The position numbers and the translations under genes are program-made. Shown here in pieces: positions 29,701 through 39,400 of a DNA stretch of 64,000 nucleotides (within the stretch, counting starts at the first letter, position 1; every line of letters starts with the position of its first letter). The notes under the pieces are model-generated. The model worked only from the letters and a program-made list of their open reading frames with translations. It was not told the DNA's origin and did no database searches. Origin of the DNA: a virus (Duplodnaviria > Caudoviricetes); the IMG/VR virus record IMGVR_UViG_3300042478_001888, positions 1,910 to 65,909 of that record; one strand, written 5' to 3'.

Positions 29701-31162
29701 GGTAAGCCCCGAAATGCGTATTGATACAGGCCAAGTTGCCCCAGCTTCTTTCCCCGCCACTCCTACTAACGATTACAAGGCTTGGCTAACTAACTTAACG
29801 TTAGATTCTACGGAATATGATAATAGTTACAACTTCCATGCAATAGGTAATTCTTTTGGGTTTAGCACGAATAGAACTTTCATTGACAAGTTCCCCTCTC
29901 GCGTGATATGGAGTGATTTGAAGCCTGATGGTAGTTTCTTTGATTCATACAGGTTTTTCCCTCCCGGCCAGTTCAATGACTATTCAAGGAATTATGGGCC
30001 GGTGGTACACATAGAAACTCTTGATGATGAGTTTTTTGTAATGCAGCACAGGAATTTCAGCAGGGAGTATTTCAACACTACTGGCACGATAACCTCTGAC
30101 ACCGATGAGTTGGTGATATTGGGTAATGCTGGTGTTCTTGCTCGCAAGGGTGCTACGATTACCTCTTATGGTTCGCTTCACAAGTGGTCTTGCGTTAAGG
30201 GGCGTAGTGCTTCTGGCCGAGATGTGTTGTATTGGTTCAATGCTGAGAATGGTTTATTCTTAAAGTATGGCGGAAGGGGTGCAGAGCCATTAAGTATGGC
30301 GAAGGGGTTAAACCAGTGGTTCAATGAGAACAGCAAATTTGTTTACAGCCACAACACTCCGGCAGCAGGCAGGGGGATATGTGGTGGTTGGAACGAGCGT
30401 TTCCAAGAGTTGCGTTATACCTTTAGGGGTTACAAGAATAGCCCTGAGTGGGGTGTAGGTAATACTTACGATAAGGGTGATGTGGTTATTTATGGCGGTA
30501 ATGGGTTTGTTCCTGTGCAGTTGTATTTGTCTAGGGTTGACCATATTAGTTCTCCTGCGAACATTCCTGGGGGAAACACTGTAACGTGGGAGGCTATTTC
30601 CGAAAAAGATTCACGTTATTACAATGTATTTACATTGGTGTATAATGAAATGAAAGATGGCTTTACGAGTTTCCTATCTCCGAAGCCGTTGATATATCAT
30701 CGTTGGAGGAATAATTTATTGACACAGCGTTATGGTGAGTGGAGTCAGTATCCAAATTACTTAGAGAATTTCGGTGATTACAACACGTGGTATTCTTCTG
30801 AGGAGGGGGAGTTGGCCGAAGATGGTTTTGTCATTCCGGTTATCAATTACAATAGCGATGTGATTAAGAAGTTTTCGGCGTTGTATGTTGATAGTGAGGT
30901 TGCTCCTGACAGGGTTGAGTTTTTCACTCCTGAGCATGAGAGTTTTTTGGTGTTGAGTGATTTTGAGAGTAGGGAAGGTATGTGGGTAAGCACTATTAAA
31001 AACGATATTTTAACCGCGCCGAATGGCATAAACGATGGGGATACAAGTCGCTTATTTGGTAGGTACTTACTGGTCAAGGTTTTCTTTTCTCCCAAAAAAT
31101 TCCAATCTTTGCGTAACATAAGAGTGCGCTTACAATTTAATTCACGATATTTACAAACATAG
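26702..31162 (+). CDS. tail stabilisation/muzzle protein (P22 gp10-like)
   Basis: 1486 aa; GTLDLD..NYVGAENV start, YRFGI, SRVIWS, SRLFGRY end, like crAss-like muzzle proteins. Confidence 0.75.
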   Translation: MANILPVQHNIKGTLDLDSEYGDVRSGNYVGAENVQFISKEGNESIPKQPFIGNKFLFDKGRVEVQNKRFRLYLALGDTFDFQVFGTNNVTQLSSLFVVPSNASYAAYRSAIQGFLTSAGLTSNITIGIDYLDIEITSVATYDYQFRVSNASAGVRVIITQESIANNFTGFLKDIGSYDLNGDLFIFSTPQEELPEEVTVSGVNSAGVVTTIVPHGLSAGDEVRLAGSGANDGILLVNVVLSATTFSYHYPAGVAGVGGIITKNYTGVGEIGVAQFDEQAETGTYTRLLRSKEFGFNTLHQIDCDGEINPLGKSLYFNQYKYNPPRVFYYLGNYVLNGALTYVNSENRYEYGTIDLETRTILNIQTAKLDLVSVTEGGNVKAGNKQYFIRFLTSEDALSGTDYHAFTGNVNIYKGSDTSDPNKIAGNVSGTLTTKKVTLRVENAQPELFGYVELCVAEWFGDAVTFSTVRREEFDESTFEIEHNGFEVATPLSTEEVLRLNSLIKNIGGQRIVDNRLVMHDITYEERKDFRAWAEKINHTIIKEEITGNGFVENKVYGGYQNPQNTFRFVGYKWFETYRFGIRLYLKEGGVTETFWIDDIKFDITPTNVTTPNRRVGTPPPNYELNVQALDDNFFVPGVEFSNIDLEYLINGDRIKDVVSKIEFMRVELKDDTKEVLLNGMGILSFYGIYEEGSHRFGNLNATFSQANPTYQARYPFPFFSGQNIFTVDVGGVPTAPFNTNGYRNMINTEAAGGLKRGIVDTFGLFIISNDVVFGKTEIERAPGDQIINFGRPMSEPAYPINGISGKNFIRDFRLLNMGVDGLPAPYFHDIEDAKILPRDSNVIMDRNGVSPGPTLYVSNAKSDQNTGASFDSFERTYVFESSIAISLVNSLTSPLPSPALPLSFTNSNEGVYWVSYYRPKVYTTPDDSKFGARDKTVYISTGISNLINQNSSATISSKVFGGDTFIGRMQLKLWNHLTETQGPDYIDETYAMSFVSQSTVSPEMRIDTGQVAPASFPATPTNDYKAWLTNLTLDSTEYDNSYNFHAIGNSFGFSTNRTFIDKFPSRVIWSDLKPDGSFFDSYRFFPPGQFNDYSRNYGPVVHIETLDDEFFVMQHRNFSREYFNTTGTITSDTDELVILGNAGVLARKGATITSYGSLHKWSCVKGRSASGRDVLYWFNAENGLFLKYGGRGAEPLSMAKGLNQWFNENSKFVYSHNTPAAGRGICGGWNERFQELRYTFRGYKNSPEWGVGNTYDKGDVVIYGGNGFVPVQLYLSRVDHISSPANIPGGNTVTWEAISEKDSRYYNVFTLVYNEMKDGFTSFLSPKPLIYHRWRNNLLTQRYGEWSQYPNYLENFGDYNTWYSSEEGELAEDGFVIPVINYNSDVIKKFSALYVDSEVAPDRVEFFTPEHESFLVLSDFESREGMWVSTIKNDILTAPNGINDGDTSRLFGRYLLVKVFFSPKKFQSLRNIRVRLQFNSRYLQT

Positions 31163-31166
31163 TATT

Positions 31167-31787
31167 ATGCCAGCACCATTAGCAATAGGTTCATTAGTTT
31201 TAGGTGGTATCCAGACCATAGGTGGTTTGGCTGCTGCGCTTTCGATGGGTAGGCGCCCAAGGTTTCAGGAAGACCCAAGGTTTACCGGAGCGGCAGGTCG
31301 CGCCGAATACATGGCTGGAATGGGGTATATGCCTCAGGAGCGTGCCGCGTTTCAAGGCGATATAGCTTCTCAGACCGCTGGGGATTATCGTAGGGGGATT
31401 GATATGTCTGGTGGCAATATGGCGAGAGCGTTGGGGGGTATAAGCACTGCGAGAACGTTAGGGGCGTACAATCGTTTTGCCGCTCAGGATGCTGCTTTGC
31501 GTAGGCAGAATATTCAGTATGCCGACCAGTTTTCTCGTGAGCGTCAGCGTAGGGCGGATATGCAAACGCAGGCGGATATGGCACAGTATGACAGGGAGCA
31601 ACAGGCAACAGGGCAGGCTATTAGTTCGGGTTTGACCGGTATGGCTGGTGCGGCGAACTTTAGCCAAGCGATGAATTTTTATGGCAAGCAGGGTATGACT
31701 GGTGGTGTTCAGGGAGCAGGCAAGTATCCTAAGGACAACTATTTAAACCAGTATGGGTTTTTTGACCCGATAAAATTACCCATATAA
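31167..31787 (+). CDS. ejection/internal virion protein 1
   Basis: N-terminal Gly/Ala zipper, Q/A-rich coiled coil; follows muzzle. Confidence 0.6.
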   Translation: MPAPLAIGSLVLGGIQTIGGLAAALSMGRRPRFQEDPRFTGAAGRAEYMAGMGYMPQERAAFQGDIASQTAGDYRRGIDMSGGNMARALGGISTARTLGAYNRFAAQDAALRRQNIQYADQFSRERQRRADMQTQADMAQYDREQQATGQAISSGLTGMAGAANFSQAMNFYGKQGMTGGVQGAGKYPKDNYLNQYGFFDPIKLPI

Positions 31788-31813
31788 TAAAACGCGCCGA
31801 AAAGCAATAATCA

Positions 31814-33436
31814 ATGACACCACTAGTAGCAGGTATAGCATTAACAGGAAAAGCCCCAGTGTACGAAAACGTATATATGGCAGGGCTTAAACAAAAGGCA
31901 GCTGGTGAGGCGGCGGCGGCGAAGGAAAAAAACAAGCAGTTAGAAGACATAAGAGCTGCTATAACGATTCCAAAGGGAGGTGTTCATAACTCCCTCGTTA
32001 ATGAGGTTAAGGATTTGGCTGCTGAGACTTTCTTAAATGCCACTAAAGCTGTTGAGTCAGACCCAACAAGGGGGATAAATAAGGCTATGGAAATGATTCT
32101 TGAATTTCAGTCTAAATTGAATGTGTATCAAAACACAAGCAAAGCGCTAGAAAAAATTGAAACGCCTGAATACAGTAAGAATTATTTTAGTTCTCCGCAA
32201 TTTGTTCAGGGTATTGGAACAAAGAATTTCAAAGAGGTAGAAAGCGACCAAGCGATTGTCGAAAATGCTAGAAAAGCGGGTATAAATATTCAAAGGGCAA
32301 ATGGTCTTCCTGTTGTTTCTACAATAGACTATCCAAGGTTTGACCCTGCTAAGCCTTTTATTGATTGGCAAAAAGCCACTGTTGCTAAATATGAAGCAGA
32401 GGTTGGAGACCCTACAAAATTAGGTAAGAGTTTGCGTCAAGAGATATTAAAGCGGGTTAATGAGCAAGAGGCAATGGCATATTTAGAAGGTAGTGCCGCA
32501 GATGATAACGAGGTAGCCGCTTGGCAGAATAAACATAACATCGACATAACAACTTCTGAAGGAAGGAAAGCGGCTGCGCAGAGATTTTTGTACACGCAAG
32601 AAAAGGCTCAAACTTCTGGGCCTGGATTTAATATTAATCTTGGCCCTGGAAGCCAAACAACAACCTCTCCGGTTGTTTCTGAAACTTCTCTAACTGCTAA
32701 CACTAGTTTTAACTGGAGTCCATCATCAAGGTCTGATAACTCTGGCGAGTACTACGTTTTACAATTTGCGGAAGGGTTTGGCAACAAGAATCTTGTCGCT
32801 GGTGATGGAAGGGGAAATCCATTAAAGTTTAAAAGCAGTAAAGAGGCAGAAGAATATCTTGTCAATAATAGCAAGTTTGATTATGAAGCTATTAAAACTT
32901 TAAACTTAGACGTTCCTTCTGTTGGCATTACAATTCCTGCTGGTGAGAAGTCCTTTACTATTGGTGAGGAGGGTTCTAATACTGGTTATGGTGAAAAGGT
33001 TGAGTCTAATACTTTCAATATGAAAGTTAATAGGTTGGAAACTGTGGAAACTTATACTGGTGATAAGATTTTGACTGTGGGTTTATTTAGAATGGAAAAG
33101 GGGGACATTATACCTAAAGAAGTATCAAAATACGTTCCTTCTGATAAAACAGAAAAAAGGGTTTTTGTTGTTGGGGAGGTAGAAACTTCATATAAAACAA
33201 ATGTAGGGGCAAGAGATAAGGGTGGTACTGTGTATGTCCCTGCTACTAAGCAAAACATAAGCGCCATTATTTCAAAGCTTCCTTCAACAGAAAAGGAAAC
33301 AAGACGGATGCTTGAAGAAATTAATACTGGCAAGCAAAAGCTTGGTGATGGTAAGATACTTGGCGCAGCAACGAAGGGCGCCGAAAGGCAACCTAAGAGT
33401 GGTTTTAGTTTGTTAGAATTTGATAATATAGCATAA
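31814..33436 (+). CDS. ejection/internal virion protein 2 (putative)
   Basis: 540 aa, located between ejection protein 1 and the giant protein. Confidence 0.5.
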   Translation: MTPLVAGIALTGKAPVYENVYMAGLKQKAAGEAAAAKEKNKQLEDIRAAITIPKGGVHNSLVNEVKDLAAETFLNATKAVESDPTRGINKAMEMILEFQSKLNVYQNTSKALEKIETPEYSKNYFSSPQFVQGIGTKNFKEVESDQAIVENARKAGINIQRANGLPVVSTIDYPRFDPAKPFIDWQKATVAKYEAEVGDPTKLGKSLRQEILKRVNEQEAMAYLEGSAADDNEVAAWQNKHNIDITTSEGRKAAAQRFLYTQEKAQTSGPGFNINLGPGSQTTTSPVVSETSLTANTSFNWSPSSRSDNSGEYYVLQFAEGFGNKNLVAGDGRGNPLKFKSSKEAEEYLVNNSKFDYEAIKTLNLDVPSVGITIPAGEKSFTIGEEGSNTGYGEKVESNTFNMKVNRLETVETYTGDKILTVGLFRMEKGDIIPKEVSKYVPSDKTEKRVFVVGEVETSYKTNVGARDKGGTVYVPATKQNISAIISKLPSTEKETRRMLEEINTGKQKLGDGKILGAATKGAERQPKSGFSLLEFDNIA

Positions 33437-36400
33437 TGAGTAAAGAGATACTAAAAGGCATATTTGAGGAGAACATAGCTCCTGTGCGTGAAGACATAAC
33501 CTTTGAGGGTTGGGTAGATAAGATTAGGGATAACGAGGAGTACAAGGTGGGTTTATTTGAGAACTACGTCCAGCCGAGTATGCCTGAGGCCACATTTGAG
33601 GAGTTTAATTCTAATGCGTTTGGAAGCCTGGGAAAGGTGGAGGCCCCACTTGCTGGGGCGCAATCCGAAGAAAGTTTTTCCCCTACCGAATCCGTATCGA
33701 GCGAATTTGAGGTAGGGCCACCTGCTGGGGGAACGCCTCCCGGTGTTGAGCCTAAGGGTGAGCCGGTTGCTGAGGCTGCTGCGTTGGTTGGGGATGTTGG
33801 CTCAGAGGGTGAGCCTACGATTATTGGGCAGGAGTTAGATCCTTACACGATTGTTGAGAAGGACGATAGGAATTTCTTTGAGCGTCTTTTTGGCGAGGAT
33901 CGTTATCGCAGGGTAACGGAGCGTGCGGTGGAAACGATACCGGCTTTGACTAGGTTATTTGGCAAGGCTGCTGCGAAGGATGTTCAGAAAGAGGTAAATG
34001 ATTTAGGTAGGGCTATGGAGGCTGACCCTGAGTTTGTGATTAAGGCTTCGCAGAATGGTCTTTTCACTACGAACAATTTAGCCACGTATTTAAGCCAGGA
34101 GGCTGCCGGGGATAAGAAGGGCGCCGAAGAGATAAATATGTTTTTAGAAAAGGGTGCAACGGGCAAGACTACTCAGTTTGAAAGGTTCAAGACGCTATAT
34201 GCTCCAATCGAAAAAGAGCGCAACGAGGCTATACAAAAAGAGTTATTATCCAACAGAGATTATGTAGCGTTAAGGGGAAAGATAGATGCTGAGTTTAATA
34301 GTCAGCGAGTAGGTGTTGATGAGAAGTATGATTTTAAGGCTTTGATGGGTGAGGAGTTTAAGGTTGGCGAGAAGGAATTATTGGGCAAGTACGAATCTGC
34401 CACGCTTGCTTTACCTATGCAATTAGAAACCAAGGCGAGTGAGTTGAAGTTTGACTATCAGACCAAGGTGAATAATGGGCAGATGGGTGTTAACGAAGCC
34501 AATGAAGGCTTAAAGCGTGATTTAGATGCTTATGGTGCGGAGTTGCAGAAGCAGAGTGATGAGGCGTTGGGGGAGTATAATTCCGGCGTTAGCGCCTTGG
34601 CCGAAAGGGTACAAAAGGGTGTTAAGGATAAGCCAGAGTTCAAGGCTTACATGGACGAGTTGAACGACTTGCGTAATGGGGTTGTTGAGAGTTTTTCTGG
34701 CGATTACCAAAAGATTCAGCAGGCGGTGTTCAACAATATTGCCCCTAAGTACAACTCTAAGATTGAGAGTGCTATAACGAATAGCATGAAGGGTGAAACT
34801 CCTTTGCTTAACAAGTCTGGGGTAAAGGGTGATATTGACAAGATTTTGGGAAATAGGGGTTGGGATTACTTACCTTTCGACCAGAAGAAGGCTGCGTTGG
34901 ATACTATGTTTGGCACTGCCTTATCTAAGTTGAAGCGTAGCGGTGTTGAGATAAACGATGGTGTTGTTGCTGGGTTGCGTGCTGAGTTTGACGATGCGTT
35001 TATGGATAGGGCGTATTTTACCAAGAAGGGTACTCCTTCTTTGTTTATGGTAAAGACGCGTGCTATTGAGGAGGCTGAACGTCTTGACGAGATGCTTAAA
35101 GAGCGTGAGGCAAAGACTGGCACTAAGACGTACACTTCTGGGATATATGGTTCGGAGTTTGGCGTTGGCGGTATGGGTTATGATGATACTGACGTTCAGG
35201 AGTTGCGTTTGGCGAGGGAAAAGTTACAGGAGATAATTGAGATGCCTGAAACGATGTCGGATAATGAGTGGTCGAATTTTTGGAATGGATTAACTTCGGG
35301 GAAGGTTGTTGATTATTTACCATTTGTTTCTGGGTTAAAGAATTTGAGTGGCACGTTGGCGTTGTATCGTGCTGTGGGTAAGGACACTGAATCTGCCCGA
35401 TATTTGAAGAACGCCGAAGCGTTAAATTCCACATACAAAAATATGTATGAGGTAAACAACATGGCTTCGGATTGGTATAGGGCTGGTAGGGGTACTGCCG
35501 AGAGTTTGCCTTTTATGATGGAGTTTGCTGCCACCGCAGGGATAGGTAGTGGCGTAAGGATAGCAACTGAAAAGGTTGCTGTAAAGTTGCTTGGCAAACA
35601 GGCAGAAACGATGGTTGGCAAGTCGTTTAAGGTTCTTGCTGGAACGCTTGTTAGTTCGTTAGCGCAAACCACGTTAAACCCTCAGCGTTATGTAGATGAA
35701 ACGTTGAAGCGTATGACGCCCCAGATGACTATTGCGTTTTCTCCTGAGGGTGATGATTTGGTTGCCATGTTAGACAGCAGTGATGCTGAGGGTGGCTTTG
35801 AGGCTGCGTTAAAAGGTTTTGGTGTAACCGCTTCCGAGTATTTCTCTGAGGGGTTAGGTTTTGCGGGAGCGAGGGCAATGAAAGCGTTGGGGAGTAAGAT
35901 GTTGCAGAACGAGTTTTTGAAGAAGGCGTATGTGGGTTGGTATATGAGCAAGTTCAATTTAGATACACCTACTGCGTTTAAGAAGATTGCGGAGATGGGT
36001 GGTTGGAATGGATTTTTGATGGAGTTTGGCGAAGAGCTTGTAAACATACCGTTGACCAATTTGATTACTGGTGATGCGAAGGTAATGGAGGGCATCATTA
36101 AGGACGGGGAGTTTGATACTGAGAACTTGGCCGATATTGCTCGCACCTTATTACCTATTAGCCTTGCTGGTGGTTCAGTTAGTTTGGGTGGTTTAGCTAT
36201 CAACAAAATAGCCCCTGAGGGTGTTACGGTAACGTATAGGGACATTAACAACCTGCCTACTACCGAAACCATTAACAAGGGTGTTTGGGATGCTGTAACT
36301 GAGGTTATGAAGTCTCCTTCCAAGGTGCGTGATTTTATTGCGAATGAGTTACCTAAGTTAAAGGTAGATGGTAAGGGTAGGGAGTTAGTAACTTCTATGT

Positions 36401-39400
36401 TAGAGCGTTCTGCTATTGAGTTTGATAGGGGTGTTGTTGGTGCTGGTACACGTCAGGTTGCTGAGGCTACTTCTCCTTTGGAGGTAACTTTCGAGCCTAT
36501 TCCCGAAACGGGGGGAGCGCCGAAGGTTGAAATCGTTGCCAAGCGTAGGCAGAAGTTAAATAGTGACAGGACTAAGTTAGTACCTACTGGTGGTTTTGAT
36601 TATTTCGCAAAGGTAGGGGATAGGGAGGTTAAGTTAAGTGATGCTGAGTATAAGGCATATAAGGAAAGCGGTGTGTTGCCTGAGAGTGTTTCGGCGGTTG
36701 AGGCTACTCCGAAAGTTGAGGGGGAAGTTGTGCCTGCGGCTACCGAAGAGGTGGTTGCGGAGGCGGTAACCCCTGAGGTTACCCAAGCGCCCGAAGTCGC
36801 CGAAGGGCAACCTGCCGAGGTTATTTCCCCAGAGGTAGCGGAAGTGTTATCAACCGAGGACACCACACGTATTGCGTTAGAATCGCTAGAGGTGTTACCT
36901 GAGGGCATAGAGAGTGCCGAGGAAGGTGCGCGTATCTACCACGAAGCGATAGGCAAGGAGGAGCGTACTGAGGCTGAGGACGCTGTTGTTATGGCGGTGG
37001 AGGATGCGGTTATTGGTGGTGCGGTTGTGCCTGAGGTGGAAACTCCCGAAGCGGTAGAAACCGCCGAAGCAGTTACCCCCGAAGAGGTATCTACCGAGGG
37101 TGTTACCCCAGAGGTTTCCGGGGTGGTGGAAGCCGCCGAAGGGCAAAGGCAGCCAAGTCGTGTAGCCACCTTTTTCTCTGGTGCAGGCACAATGGAAGCG
37201 TCTTTACCCAACGCCCAATCTGTTATGGCTGTTGAGTTCAACCCAGCGTACGTTGAAGCGTACAACAAAGCCTTTGGTGTTGAGTATGAAGCCAAAGATG
37301 TTAGGGATATTAACCCTGAGGAAGTGATAGCTTCTAAGCCGGACATATTCCATGCTTCTCCTGTTTGCAAGAACTTTTCGGCGGCCAAGAATAAACGAAC
37401 AGTTTTGAAGTCAGATATGGAATCGGCTGATGCTGTTGCGAGGGTTATTCGTGAGGCACAACCACCGATTGTAACGATAGAAAATGTTCCTGACTACCAA
37501 GGCACTGTCCCATTTGAAACAATAGTAAAGGCCTTAGAAGATGCAGGCTACACCTTTGATGTTGGAGTTTACAACTCTGCGGATTTCGGTGGTGTTCAAA
37601 ATAGGGAGCGTCTGTTAATTCGTGCTGTGAAGAGTGGCGAACTGCCACCTATCCAAGAGAAAACTGCTCCTGGGGATTGGTATTCTGCAATAGAGGATTT
37701 GATTGAAAGTGCCCCAGACTCAAAGTTTGAATCTAGGAGTGAGAGTGAGAATTGGGAGATGGCTAGGATTAAGGATATGGTGCGTAAGGGTAAGTTAGAT
37801 GCAACCAAGCCAATCATTACTATGGGTGGTTCTGCTTCTAGCGGTGTGGCTGCTGCTGCCAATGCTGGCGGCCCTGCGCCTACGTTATTAAGCACTTCGC
37901 GTTCTGTTCCAAGGATTATTTTGCCTGATGGCACAGTTAAGAGGGTAACTCCTGAGATGATGCGTAGGCTTATGGGATTGCCTGAGAGTTATCCTATACC
38001 TTCCAACCCAAAGATTGCGAAGGAAGTTTTGGGGAATGGCGTTGATGGAGCGTTTACTAGGGCGTTGATTGACCCGTTGTTGAATCGCGCCGAAACGCAA
38101 CCCAGCGCCGAAACGCAACCCAGCGCCGAAGGATTAACTTCTAAGGAGAAAGCAGAACAATACAAAAAGGAAGCCGAAGAGATAGCCAAGGAGATACGTA
38201 GAAAGCTAAAAATCAGGAGCGGAATTAAAGGCAATATAGGAATAAGTCCCTTCTCTCGCGCCAAGCGTTTGGCTGAGTTAGAAAAAGATATTCTTTATGA
38301 TGTTAAGGACTACATTTACAAAAGGGTTGCTCAGGCAATTCAACTATCTAAGGTTTACACCTTCAAGGATTTCGTGGAGGATATGAAGGAGAATAGTAAG
38401 CGGCTTTTTGGGGTGCAGATTGAGGTTGCTGATTCTGATAAATCAATATTCCATTCAGCGCGGTCTCGTTTTGAGATAAACGATGCTTTTGCTCAGGAGA
38501 TATTGGATTTGAAAGATGATTTTCTCTTTTCTATTGCCGCTATGTCTGGCCGAATGAATATGAATTTTCAGGAGTTTATATCTTCAAATAGTGCATTGGT
38601 TAACGGATTTGTGAATCGCGCCGAAAGCATTTACGGTTTAGACGATCAAGCTATGATGTTAGTGCAAGAGATGTACCAAGACGCGTTACGTGCTGCTGCC
38701 AACCGCGCCGAATCGTACACTACTCTAGAAGATGTAAAGAAGTTCCACGAAACCAAGGAAGAGTTGTTAGGCTTAGAGAGGGACATGGAAAGGGCGCGTA
38801 TCAACGAAGAGATAAAGCGTAGGCGTAACTGGTTGAGCAGAAACTTTGACAAGTTCCAGCGTGCGTTTATTACTCCTGTGAAAAACTTTAATCGTGCGTT
38901 TGGGTATAGGGCTGGTAAGTTTTCCGATTACAGAACTTCGCAAGAGCGTGATGTATATTCTGCACGTAAGTATCGTATGGGTGCTTCCACCAAGGCAGGC
39001 AATTGGTACAATGCTATCCACAACAAGATTTATGGTGGGTTGTCTTGGTTTGAGAAGGTAGAGTTAGACAAGTATTTGATTTATCGTAGGATTGTAGAGG
39101 TTTCTGAGGTACGCAATCAAAGGGCGGCGGAACATAAGAAGCTCGAAAATGAGTTGGCGGCTGGCGTTACTCCGGTAAGAAAGCAAGAGATTAAGGAGGC
39201 TATGGCGGAGCTTGAAAAGGCGGGCATGGGTGAGGTTAAGAGTGGTTCGATTATGGTTGATGGTAAGAAGGAGAAATACACTGTTGCGCTTGCTGAGGCG
39301 TTTGTGAATGACATAAACGCTCGTAATGATGCTTTGGCAATCAAAATTAGGAATCGCGCCGAAATGTACACTGAGGCTAACAATGAGTTGTTAAAAATGC

